Part shown: in pieces, positions 11,885 to 23,190 of the stretch | Position numbering within the stretch: position 1 is the first letter of the stretch | Layout: each line of letters starts with the position of its first letter | Assembly: GCA_040285825.1 (NCBI GenBank) | Contig: JAUPSS010000004.1 | Location: 4,679,784 to 4,743,783 of the forward strand | DNA length: 64,000 bases | Direction of reading: 5' to 3' | Origin: Eukaryota sp. TZLM1-RC | Lineage: Eukaryota > Protista > Metamonada: BaSk clade | Program-made: the position numbers and the translations under genes | The notes under the pieces: generated by a model | What the model saw: only the letters and a program-made list of their open reading frames with translations | Database searches by the model: none | What the model was told of the DNA's origin: nothing

Positions 11885-12195
11885 TTATTGAATCAAAAAA
11901 TTCAATAAAATGAAATCAGAACTAATGGGACTAAATTCAATGAACCAAGACTTGCTCTACAAAATCCTGATCTGCTTGTTTTGTTGCCATTGCTTCTCTT
12001 ATTCGATGAAAAAACCGAGGTAATCTATTAATGATGACGAATTGAATTCGCGACCGCCACAAAAAACATCAAATCTCTTCATTGTTTTTTCTTGAAACAG
12101 TTTTTGGAAATCGTTCAAAAAAATTTTCTGCTTCTACTGATAGCCTTCCGTTTAAAGAAAATGGAAAAAAACAAGCGGTCTGTTTCTATCAATAT
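11885..12195 (-). mobile_element. Family B-like RLE 3' fragment (mirror copy ~26885-27190, +)
   Basis: Encodes degenerate FSLNGRLSVEA..F.NDFQK..WRSRIQF and the family B 3' UTR. Confidence 0.75.
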
Positions 12196-13535
12196 AAACA
12201 TTGATTGAAGATCGATTAATGACAGCAATGGTAATTCATGCCTGAATTGAGTAATTCTGAAAGGTAGGAATCTCGAGATACGGTGTTGTTAGCCTTGTAT
12301 AGTTTCTATAATAGTTGAAGATACTAATTTTGTATTAGTGTAATCCATTGTATTTTATATAGAATTGCGCCCATAAATTCGAGCTGAAAGCCCATTTTTT
12401 GCCTTCGTAATTAATTGCATTCTTGTTATAACATATGTCAAAACTTAACCCTGGATCATCTGTGTAAAACATTGGTTGGCTAAGAGCATTTTTTACAAAC
12501 TCTGTGAGCCCATTACAAATAAAACAATTCGTATATCATTGGATTTAGATTATAGATGTGTGAAAAGTTATTTAATTTTTCTAAGTATTTGAATAGACAA
12601 TTCAATAATGTCAGCAGATCTAAACAACGGATTATTTAAGCCAAACACCGGAATTTTTTTGAAAAAAAACACTACTGCACCCAAAAATAAAAATAATCGT
12701 CATTGTTGGTTTGCTCTGTTGTGAATTCTGTGAAAGGTAAAAAATGGGCAATTCTACAAATTAATGATTAAATACACCATGACACATATAAAGCGGAACT
12801 TGATCGCTTCTTCAGTATATGAGAAATTCACAAAAAGTTCCTATTTGTGAGCTGGCTGCTCTTATACAAGCAACTTAATTACCATAGAATTAGTAGCTTT
12901 TGTGGTGAGAATTCAAAAACTATAAAGACATTTTGATGCACTTTTCACTACTTCCTAGTTCGATTAAAACTTTTCTAACACTGATTGCCTGTTTTTTAAA
13001 AATCATACAAGACAGTATTGTATAGAGTTGTCAAAATTACCATAAAAGTGTTGTCCTAATTCTTAATTGGCCACAATTGTGAAATTGTTTTTGTAATCTT
13101 TTTAAACAAAAGGAGTTGTGGAAAAGGATATTGTAACTGCAAATTTGCTGTAAAATCATTTGGAAATGGGAGTTCAAAACACACAACAATCCGATAATAG
13201 GATCCTCTGGTATTCCTTTTTGCCCAAGATTAGCAGAGAAACTTGGTGAGGATAATTAAGTGCCAAATTGTGTTTCAAGTTTTACAAAAGCTGTTTTGAA
13301 TGATTCATATAAAATTACTCTGTCCTTTTTGTTGCAGGTACATTAAAGTTAGAACATCAGTCTTCATGCCTAGTGCAATGAACTGAATAGCAACTCAATG
13401 TTGGAATGATTCAAAAAAGAAATATAATTAAACATATCAACATCAATATTTCAATTCATCACATTATATTTACAACCACAATATTCGAAAAATCAAAGAC
13501 AAAAGAAAAGAGAAAGCATTTATTCAACACAAAAA

Positions 13536-15023
13536 CTAGTTATTACCATTGTTTCCGTTATTGTTGTTATTGTTGTTGTTATTGTCATTACCATTCACTT
13601 CAACACACCTTCTAGCATGACCAGGGAACAAGAAGCCACATTTAGGTTCAATAGCGACAGACAAGCAAGGGCAGCGCATGATGTAGAAGCGAAGATCTTG
13701 AGATTGGTTATTGTTATTATTGTTGTTGTTGTCGTTGTCATTGTCGTTCTCTTCTTCTTCTTCATGGCGAACAGTAATGGTAACATTGAAAGCTTCAGTT
13801 GGTTCAGTGATAAATTCAGCCATAGTTTTACATTCCTCGGTGTAGGCGTGGAAGAAGACTGGAACACGGGGAGCATCGGTAGCGTTCTGAAGATGTACTT
13901 CAATCTCTTCGCGAAGTGCTTCAAGATGAACACCTTCAACTTCGTTTTCGATTTCAACCTCAATAATGACAACATCATCAACAGGTTCTTCAGGCTCTTC
14001 TTCTTCTTCTTCTAAAATACGTTCGAGTTCAGAAGCAAGTTGTTCGGAGGTAGTGTCTTCATCAACAACATATACTTCGCTGTGTTCAAGGTCTTGGGAA
14101 AGTTGGTTGTATTCTTCTTCACGTTCTTCAGGTACAGTAAAGACAGCACGGGCATCGTTTTCTTGGAGGAGGTTACGGATTTCTTCTCTACGTTGGTTTT
14201 GTTGCTTCTTTTGGATGTTATTATTATTGTTATTGTTGTTATTGTTGTTGTTATCATTGAGTTGACGTTCAGTGATAATAACAATAACATTGGGAGTTTC
14301 ATCATCCCATTCAGCTTCTTCAATAACATGTTCAATGGCATCGAGAATACGTGCTTCGCCGTTGTTATTGTTGTTATTATTATTGTTATTGTTGTTATTG
14401 TTGTTGTTATTATGAACCTCAGTGTCACGAACAGCTTCAGCAACTTGGTCTTCTTCCTCGGTGAGTTCTTGTTGGATTTCAACTTCATCATTGAACGTGG
14501 CTAACCCTTGACGGACTTCTTCGTGATCTTCACCAACTTGTTCAACAGTGTCAGCGGTGGTGGAGCGAACGTCTTCAAAGTCGATCTCTTCGCGTTCATG
14601 GGTATCGAGGAGATACATAACATCACCAGTTCGGTTGTTGTTGTTGTTGTTCTGGGCCGTTTCCATGTTATTATTGTTATCATTTTCCAAGTATTCTTCA
14701 GGAATATCGACCATAACAGCAAAGCGGAGAGGGAACAAGCGAGAACCAGCAACAGCCAAGACAGTAGAGTTTTGAACAAGTTCGTTTTCTTGGTTGTTAT
14801 TGTTGTTATTGTTGTTGTCATTGGTTTGGTTGTTTTCAGGTTGTCCTAATGTTAGAATTGCAAATTACACACTTCTTTCAATAACACGGCCTACACAGTT
14901 AGGATCAACAGTGTCCTCCAACTCAGTGAGTCCTCTTTCGCAGAGCGGTCGGAAGATTTGATCATCATTGTTTTGAGCGAGTGCTAGAGCACACAGTAAA
15001 AGAACAAGCAGGTGAAGCTTCAT
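13536..15023 (-). CDS. Secreted acidic, poly-Asn-rich protein, copy 1 (27-nt intron at 14846-14872)
   Basis: ATG at 15023 gives signal peptide MKLHLLVLLLCALALAQ. Removing the GT..CTAAC..AG intron removes an in-frame stop and joins ORF 13536-14759. Confidence 0.85.
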
Positions 15024-15172
15024 GGTAGGAACAGAGGTGACACCATTTATGCATTTTCAAAGTTTAAAGGCCACTGTAGAGGGCACTGTAGATTCAATCT
15101 TTATGGAGGATATCTTTTACCAACAATACAAACTTTGACCACTTTAACACAATTTTCTACTCTTTTGATACA

Positions 15173-15388
15173 ATGTCATCTCGTGGACTTAAATCTGATC
15201 AAGCCAGTGAAGCTAAATCGCTCAAAGGACAGCAAAAGAAGGAAGAAAAGTGCTTGGCAACTCGTAGGAAGGATGATGACTTTACTCCATTACCAGAAGA
15301 AGAATGTGCCATAAGACCTACAAGGCACGTCTGCCTAACACCTCCAGATGTGACAAGAAAACACACCGCAGAAGAAAAGGATATTTAA
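15173..15388 (+). CDS. Possible small hypothetical protein (mirror 23653-23868, -)
   Basis: 71-aa ATG ORF followed by AATAAA, identical in both arms; no recognisable motif. Confidence 0.35.
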   Translation: MSSRGLKSDQASEAKSLKGQQKKEEKCLATRRKDDDFTPLPEEECAIRPTRHVCLTPPDVTRKHTAEEKDI

Positions 15389-15469
15389 TAGAGTTGAATA
15401 AATAGAATTAATTTCAATAATTGATTAAAAACATAAACAAAAAAGGACCCTAACAGATAACAAGCATTT

Positions 15470-15850
15470 CTAAGACGGTGGAATAAGGTTTCTACGTATC
15501 CTTGAGAATGAATTATGTGGTATATTGCCAGAAACGCGACCCTTAATGCGATCCTTGAAATCTGGAAGCCTAAGAGCGTTAATGTACCCATGTACCATAG
15601 CGTAAGAGGAAGTACAATCAGATCCAGCGAACTGTGTAATGCAACGCTCTCCACCTTTATGTTTAGCTACATAAGAGGTAACGTCAAAGACAACGCCCCC
15701 TACAACTGTCCATATCCCATTTTCTGGAGTAGTATGTTGTTGAAGCTCCTCGGCAGTTATCACTGGCAATGACTGATACTCTATGCCGTATTTTGGTAGC
15801 TCTTTCACCAATTGTGTAATGTGGAACATTATTTTAGAATTTGTTTTCAT
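15470..15850 (-). CDS. Cytochrome b5-like heme/steroid-binding domain protein, copy 1
   Basis: IT.EELQQH....IWTVV.G.VFDVTSYV..HKGG...I..FAG.DCT..Y..VH matches the b5 pattern, with both His ligands present. Confidence 0.8.
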   Translation of the reverse strand: MKTNSKIMFHITQLVKELPKYGIEYQSLPVITAEELQQHTTPENGIWTVVGGVVFDVTSYVAKHKGGERCITQFAGSDCTSSYAMVHGYINALRLPDFKDRIKGRVSGNIPHNSFSRIRRNLIPPS

Positions 15851-15910
15851 TCTGATTTATATTTTTGAATGAACATTACAAATAACTATCCAAACAATTC
15901 TATTAAACTA

Positions 15911-16225
15911 AATTGTCTACCCAACAGCATGCAAAATACAATTTGTATCCATTTGTGTTTTCTCTATTTGGTTCACTTGCTCCCACGGCTATACCTTTTT
16001 CACAGATTTGGAAATGATTGTAAAGGGAAGAAGCAACAGAAATCTCAACCCATTGTGTTGGCAAAGTAGAATTGTGTTTTCTATTTTTAAGGGAATGTTG
16101 AAGACGGTTTGTGATGCTTTGCTTTCTCTTGGATCTCACTATGAGAGAGTTGCATCTTGTTGTTTTATTTTGGGAGAGATGGATTGTTTAGATGTTGATT
16201 TATAAGTTTTTTAATAAATACCTAT
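15911..16225 (+). mobile_element. 5'-truncated RLE non-LTR fragment (family D) with ~24-bp imperfect flanking direct repeat; mirror ~22815-23130
   Basis: Encodes YNLYPFVFSLFGSLAPTA..F and WQSRIVFSIFKG..DVDL*. tatccaaacaattct..acta occurs at 15887-15910 and 16226-16249. Confidence 0.7.
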
Positions 16226-16481
16226 TATCCAAACAATTCTGTTGGACTATCAATTTTCATTTGCATTCATCCTAATTCACTTTTAACCACTATTTCATGA
16301 ACTGGTGATTGCTCCTATCGATGTATGTTAAAATCTTGTGTATCCTTAATCAAAACTTCTTTCGACCGACAAAAGCTAAGGTTTGGATAAAAGTTGCGAG
16401 GCATCAAAAAAGTGATATTCTTGCACTGTATAGGGTCTAGTTTCTGCAGATTTACGAATACAATTACTTATACAAAACACT

Positions 16482-17204
16482 TTATTCACCTTCAACACAG
16501 AGGGCATCCATATTATCTTGCAATTCCAAACTGTCTTCGTCTGGGAGTTCAGGTGGGTCAACATCAAATTCTGCAACGTCAAGTTGTTCACTGACATCCT
16601 CGCAGCGGTCTAATTCCACCTCAATAATATTGTCATTATTGAACTCCTCAGTTGAAATATCAGGAGTGGGATCACTTTCAGTTAAACGTTCGATAGGGAG
16701 ATGATCTTCTGGGGGTATATTATCGTTTGGTTCTTCTATGTGTGATGTAGACTCATCTTCTGGTTCATTAGGATCAACGATTTGGGCGAAAGATGGTTCA
16801 GATGCAAATGTTTGGGGATCTTCAGTATGAGACACTGCAATAGCTTCGGGTTTATCCACTCGAGAAGGTGGAGAAAATACTGCTGTTGAAACCACTGCGG
16901 TATCTTCCTTGTTGAAAATAGCTATACGTCGGCCCAATTTGCCTACAGTGGGTGATGACTTTGTCTGTGGTATGTACTTCTCTTTTGAGGCATGTGCTAC
17001 TTCAACATGTTGACAATCAGCACAAACCGTTTTCATGAATGGATTGGGACGGAACGGATTGTTTGTGCAACATTGACAACCTTCATTCAGATGTTTGTGA
17101 ACGTCGTAGCTATGATAGCACTGTGTACATTGGGACTTTTTAAAAAGATTAGCCTCAAATTGTCCAGCACAACAGCAGTCACAATCAAGATTAACAAAGT
17201 CCAT
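16482..17204 (-). CDS. Protein with two N-terminal C..F..N.F....CxxC.H...H putative Zn-binding motifs and an acidic tail
   Basis: CAGQFEANLFKKSQCTQCYHSYDVH and CTNNPFRPNPFMKTVCADCQHVEVAH resemble the N-terminal motif of MPRIP/outspread-type proteins. Confidence 0.7.
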   Translation of the reverse strand: MDFVNLDCDCCCAGQFEANLFKKSQCTQCYHSYDVHKHLNEGCQCCTNNPFRPNPFMKTVCADCQHVEVAHASKEKYIPQTKSSPTVGKLGRRIAIFNKEDTAVVSTAVFSPPSRVDKPEAIAVSHTEDPQTFASEPSFAQIVDPNEPEDESTSHIEEPNDNIPPEDHLPIERLTESDPTPDISTEEFNNDNIIEVELDRCEDVSEQLDVAEFDVDPPELPDEDSLELQDNMDALCVEGE

Positions 17205-17289
17205 TCTTACAGATGATGACTATAACCAGAAATAAGTGTCCTTTGCAGAGAGATGTATATTGTTGGGAAGATGTATGGGAAATTCCCAT

Positions 17290-19651
17290 AAGTACACGAT
17301 CAATTTTCGTGCTCTTTCATTGCCACTCATTCTGGCTTCAGCAATTGCAAACATATTCAGACAAGCCAGCTTGTTTCTATTGGAAAGCTTTGTTGAGCCT
17401 TTGTTACTGTGTTTGCAACTCTCACTGTTACAAGCTAATAAGCCATGGCATGTCGTAACAGGAGTCTTTTCTCTTCTATAGAATCTGGGATTTGTTTCTC
17501 TCAAAAACGTAGCAACCTTTTTCAAAACAAATAGGACATTTGGCTGAAGTGAAAGTTTCATTAGCGTCTGCAAGAAAATGTACATCCACTGGAAATATGT
17601 TGTCAACTAAATTCTCATCAGTGACCAAATTCTCAATTTGACAAGTAAATGGCTCAATAAGACCTTCAAAGATGTTTGTAAGTTCATTATTTCTTATATC
17701 ATGCTGTTCACATAAATCGAAAAATTCATCATTCAGAAGGTCTGCAATATTTTCAGGATGATGAAACAAAGAACTCAAGCAATCTCTATCATCAACTAAA
17801 ACAAGTTTTTGAATTGACGAAGCCTAAATCTATATAGTGAAGTAATTGTAGATAATGGCGTTGAGTATTCACCCAGCTTGTGGATTTCTGCTAACACATT
17901 TTCCACATCTGGTTTTTCAAAAAAAACATTAATAAATCGTTTAATATGTTTTTCATAATTATTTAAATTATTTAATTTATTGAATTTGCACACTTGATAA
18001 AATTAAATCATAACTAATGGGACGACTATCATTAAACCAAGATTTCCTCTACAAAATCTTGATTTGCTCATAATTTAATTTCAAATTATTCTCAAAATTG
18101 GCAAACATTATTGGGGCCATTAACTCAGGTGGTCTACTGAAGCCATCAATTGGAAATCGTGGACACTGTTCAGGCTTGTGTCTTAAGTGATCAAGATAAC
18201 TCAATGTTTTGTTTAACTATTGTTGCTCAAAGGTAGTTCTTAAAGTATAAAATCCTTCGCCATGTACAAAGTCTTTCAAATTCTGTGGAAATGCACTTCT
18301 TGGTTTTGCTATTTTTTGCCCATAATACTTAGCTGAAGTATAACGAATTCTGGCCATTAATGATTCATATAATTTGGCAGATATTTGTGGTAATAGTAAA
18401 TTACGTTCAAATCGGGACTGTAAATACAGCTTCAAGCAACATGTAGTATGAATTCGTAATTGTTGAAATTTTGGAGCAGTTTCTTTCAATTTGAGTATTA
18501 CATTTGAATGTTTAACCATTGAGTTGACGGTTGCACGAATGGTTTTATTAGATGGCAAAATGAAATTATCTTTTTGAAACAATACAAAAAGTTTGAGACA
18601 TAATACACAATCATGGAGCCCGTATTGAATCAATTTTTATCTAAGTGAAGCAGTGGCTAAACAAAAAGGTAAAATAATGATAAATTTCTGATGAAATTTG
18701 ATTTTCTTTTCACTAATCTTTTTATAAGCCAGATTGCCTAAACTATACCCAAATTGAATTTTGATGAATTTTTTGGCAAATACCAGTGTGTCTAAAAGAA
18801 AATAGCCATTTTCCCTGATGCCAACTTCCCTCCATCTTGGTGAAAGTTGATTGAGTGCATCAATTGCTGTGTCATCTGGAGCAGTGGGAAATGGTAAAAC
18901 AAAATAATTCAATCAGTTTTTTTAAACCTGTAAATCAAATTTCATTAAATTGTGATTTAGAAAAAAATGAGGTTGATGAGTACCAATAATGTTCAAAAAC
19001 CTACGAAGCAAGGTTTTTTCGTCAGAGAAAATTTCTGCCTGAATATCCATATCAATGGCAGGTAATGTGCTAACTTGAGGACTCATTCAAAATATAAGTG
19101 GACATTTACTCTCCAAAAAGAAATTAAGGCGGTCAAACTTACCAATAACAATCGAAATTACAACACTGTTTGATCTGAAATCCACTCATCCATTTGCTCA
19201 TCAGTTTTCTTTTTCAAAAGATTTGCATATTCTTTTCTCTTTGTGTTGATAATCTCGTCAGGAGGGAGAAATTGACCATCACGATTTTGGTAAAGACGAC
19301 CATCCTGATAGGTTTCAAGATCAAAGCACGTAACAGTGGGAAGATTTTGAGTTGGGGTCATTGATTTCAACTTAATCAAAGGATCAGGCTTGAAGCCACT
19401 AAAACGTGGCTCAATTTTTTTGACCATACTCGGTTTCAATGGTTTTCTGTCAAAATCTTCCTGTTCTCGATATTCAACATTGTATTTTCAATACAAGTTT
19501 CTGGGTTCAGTGTTTTTTGTTGTTTTTTCCGTTTACGCTTTGATGTTTGTTGGTCAAAAATCGCCTTTCTAATAATTTTTGATGGTGGAGTTGATTTAAA
19601 ATTGGATCTTCTTTTTCTGGGATCAGTAATTGCTTCAACATTTCCATCCAT
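17290..19651 (-). pseudogene. PolB-type DEDDy 3'-5' exonuclease - Fanzor1 fusion pseudogene with internal deletion of RuvC-I/II
   Basis: ExoI TCFDLETY; VL(Q)ISIV; ExoII FSDEKTLLRRF..QPHFFLNHNLMKFDL; LDTL..KKF...GYSLGNLA; ExoIII KLIQYGLHDCVLCLKLF. Then in the same frame Fanzor-like TIRATVNSMVKH..IH...LKLYL..LP.I and FENNLKLNYEKHIKRFIN. C-terminus TSAKCPIC..CHGLLACNSESC..NRNKLACLNM..GNER. Confidence 0.75.
17961..18067 (-). mobile_element. ~107-bp 5'-truncated family B retrocopy with 8-bp TSD
   Basis: Matches the family B 3' terminus (cf. 51325-51415). TCATAATT is duplicated at 17953-17960 and 18068-18075. Confidence 0.9.
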
Positions 19652-20649
19652 TGTTAAATCAGCAGTAAATGGGTTTGTTGATAGAAGATGTTGGCAACTT
19701 CTGGATTCAAAACATAAACTATAAACAAAATAATCAAACTCAACATTATTAAAATAAAAATTTAAGACACAACATCCCTTATCTAAAGTGTAAGTATCTA
19801 AACCACAAAAATCAACACAATCAAAAACATCAAAATAACAATTCAAAACAAAACATAAACAAAAGAAACATCCCGTATCTGAGGTGATTAGCACCATGGC
19901 TGATTCAACAGCTCCCATTTCATAACTCACATGATGACTGAAATTAGTGCAATATTCTACCCTCACGGAAGGATCAGAACGACGATTCCGATAGGAAATT
20001 GAGGCTCAGATTTTCCGTTTATTCCTGTAAAGCAGGATGGCTGTTCTTGACTGAGGAGTTCGGGAGGAAGAACTCTGCTGTTCTGTGAAGAACAGGTTGA
20101 AAGAGGAGGTGGGAACCGGGTACGTTACCTCGTCTTATTTTTTCTCGTTTTGCTGCATGATGTTAGAAGAATGGGAAGAGTGAAGATAATCTCGCTGTCT
20201 GACACGATGTCTGACATGCTGATTGCAATTTCAAATTGATTGCTAATTTCCACAATGGTATCAAATGCCTATCTACTGTATCTCTATTAGTGGTCATCAA
20301 CATCAGCTCGATTTACCCTTTAGCTGTTCTGGTCGTTGCTACTCGGTCTTCACTCTATGTGTTTTGCCAGCTTCCTTCTTCTTCATTTACCTCATCAATG
20401 GAAATGGACATGGAAACTTCTGAAAAATAGCGCCAAATCACATCACCATACGCCTCCCTTGGAAATCCCTTTCAGCCATATGAAGATTAAGTTTACGTCG
20501 TTTTTGTTTTGTTAATCAGTTTCATGGTGAACTTAGTGTCTAACATTGTGGGCAAACAAACTTATCATTGTTTAGTATGCAGTGTATGGATTTCAGAGTG
20601 TATGGAATTTTTTCAACAGTTCCATTTCGGCTTCATTATAATCTCCATA

Positions 20650-21300
20650 GATTATCAGTAAAAACAACTGATCCGTAACTCATCAATTACAAAAACAACC
20701 AGCTTTTTTATGTAATACTTTTAAAGATTTTTTTGTGATAGGTTCTTTGAATTTCATACGTCTGGGTTGTTCCCAGTCTGAAATCCAAATAACTACTGTG
20801 CTTGAATCACTAACTACTGATTGGAAGCATCGAATCATTTTGGTCTTTTTCGAATGATTTCAACACAAAATTTTAATTGACTTAATATTTTTTGATCATA
20901 GATATCACCACTTATATTTGCCTTATATGTGGTTTTTTTGTTCACTATACTCCATGAGTTTGTCAAATCTACAACTTTTGGAAATGAATTGGGATCAAGT
21001 TGCTTCCCATTTTGCAACAGATTTAGATGTGTGATCGTTTTTAGACAAGTTTAATGAGTAATTAATTTCTTGGTAAAAATTGTTCTCTCAGCTTTTGAAC
21101 TATTCTCATAACCATCAGAAGGTTTATGTTTAACAATTTCTATTCGTCATTTTAATGAAATTAATCATGTTCATTATAGAATCAGTATCCATCAAAAAAT
21201 AAAGTGTTGATGCCAGTCTTCTTTGAGAGAATGGAAAACTAGAGCAGCGTTCTTCTTCCTCCGTAATTTTGGCATTGTAGAAAGGACAAAGATAAATTTC
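20650..21300 (-). pseudogene. Decayed Fanzor1 fragment (central region to RuvC-II)
   Basis: KSVAKWEAT*SQFISKSCRFDKLMEY.EQKN..IYDQKILSQLKF..RKR..MIRCF..VVIWISDWEQPRRMKFKEPITKKSL..KKAG/VFVIDELRISC. Nucleotide similarity to 1905-2200. Confidence 0.75.
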
Positions 21301-21572
21301 ATTCTTTCATGACAAAATTTTAGCTAATGAGACTTTGGACACTCCCAGTCAATAATAGAACAATTCTGAAAGATGCCAAAAAGTATTTAAATATAATTGA
21401 TGATACCGTAATATTTCATATCATAAGAGAGTTTATTTATTTTGAAAGTGTTATTGAATTAACCAAAAAAATGACAATCATGTAGAAATTAGTGTAACCT
21501 CTATTATTAATTAACTAAGATATAATAAATAGTCTTCATAAAACAGTCGTATTACTTGTGCAATTTTATTAG

Positions 21573-22165
21573 CTAATGGCGCTTACCCTGCCGATGATGA
21601 TGGTGCTGCTGTTGTTCTCCTGGTAACAAACCATTCAACTTTATAAACATATCTACATCATTGAAGTTTTTACCTTCGGATCGTTCCTGTAATAGCTCCG
21701 CATCAGCCTCTTCAGAGATCTAAGATAAATAGATAAGTTCTTCTTCATACTTGTTTGTCTACAAACCAAATGAGGAAGAATTCTGTCATTGGATCCTGCT
21801 TGCTCTTGGCCAAGTTCACCAAATTGTTGATATTTTTGGTAGATTGTTCTTCCAATTCCTGAACATGTTGAAAAGTCTCATGTGGCGAAGAAATGCGAAG
21901 AGGCAGGGGATCAATACCAGAAAACTCCATGTTTTCCCTAAGATGAATAGAAAACGATGTCAACAAACCCACGATCTAACAAATATTGTCTGAAACGGAA
22001 GAAATGTTCCATCTCTTCGGTAGCATCATGTTTCAAATACGTCGCAATATTGGTAAAATTCTTGCTTTCGTACCAAGTTGAGTAATTGAGGTAGGTCAAC
22101 CAGTTACGCAATTCGTTAAAGGCTTGCCCAACAACAGCTTGCTTGATTTCAGGATCGAGTCTCAT
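21573..22165 (-). pseudogene. Prokaryotic-type (FtnA-like) ferritin, frameshifted
   Basis: Q...EL.....YL....W.......A.YL...A.EEMEH...F..YL.DRG, then E...T..IN.LV.LA....D..T..FL.WFV..Q..EE, split over three frames. Confidence 0.75.
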
Positions 22166-23190
22166 TTGCTATAGACACAAGAATAATGGAAGGTCCACCT
22201 CTACTGTTTCCAAGTTTCGTTGACGGATATCTGTTGAATTTTACAAGTGACAAATGTTGATGAGTAGCTGCTGAACAGTTTAGAAGATAATAAGCTAGTA
22301 TAAGCTAGTCTGGTTGGGCTTGTTATGGATTCTACTAGTGTCATTTGAATGTTTTGAATTCTAACATTGATAAACTGTCAAAATGTTGAGAATATTGACC
22401 TAGTTTTTCTTCTTTTTAAAATTTGAATAAATTAACTTATATATTCAATAAAATCTTATCAAAGACGTAATCATCCATGTTAACCCACCTGAACTCCCAG
22501 ACGAAGACAGTTTGGAATTGCAAGATAATATGGATGCCCTCTGTGTTGAAGGTGAATAAAGTGTTTTGTATAAGTAATTGTATTCGTAAATCTGCAGAAA
22601 CTAGACCCTATACAGTGCAAGAATATCACTTTTTTGATGCCTCGCAACTTTTATCCAAACCTTAGCTTTTGTCGGTCGAAAGAAGTTTTGATTAAGGATA
22701 CACAAGATTTTAACATACATCGATAGGAGCAATCACCAGTTCATTAAATAGTGATTAAAAGTGAATTAGGATGAATGCAAATGAAAATTGATAGTCCAAC
22801 AGAATTGTTTGGATAATAGGTATTTATTAAAAAACTTATAAATCAACATCTAAACAATCCATCTCTCCCAAAATAAAACAACAAGATGCAACTCTCTCAT
22901 AGTGAGATCCAAGAGAAAGCAAAGCATCACAAACCGTCTTCAACATTCCCTTAAAAATAGAAAACACAATTCTACTTTGCCAACACAATGGGTTGAGATT
23001 TCTGTTGCTTCTTCCCTTTACAATCATTTCCAAATCTGTGAAAAAGGTGTAGCCGTGGGAGCAAGTGAACCAAATAGAGAAAACACAAATGGATACAAAT
23101 TGTATTTTGCATGCTGTTGGGTAGACAATTTAGTTTAATAGAATTGTTTGGATAGTTATTTGTAATGTTCATTCAAAAATATAAATCAGA

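Larger units (their letters stand above)
11820..16564. repeat. Left arm of large inverted segmental duplication
   Basis: Reverse complement of ~22477-27250, with mirrored ORFs (13536/24308, 15470/23191, 15173/23653). Confidence 0.95.

Noticed and set aside
13595-14849. Many overlapping Thr/Ile/Val/Leu-rich ORFs (also 24085-25475)
   Set aside because: Alternative-frame and antisense shadows of AAC/AAT repeats in the poly-Asn gene.
18217-19439. Complete viral or Polinton DNA polymerase B gene
   Set aside because: Only the exonuclease domain is present; no palm motifs (DxxSLYP, YGDTD), capsid or ATPase genes nearby.
19880-20580. Possible transposase or element left end upstream of the Exo-Fanzor
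   Set aside because: No DDE, serine-recombinase or HUH motif and no TIR recognised; only a weak CxxC-like fragment.
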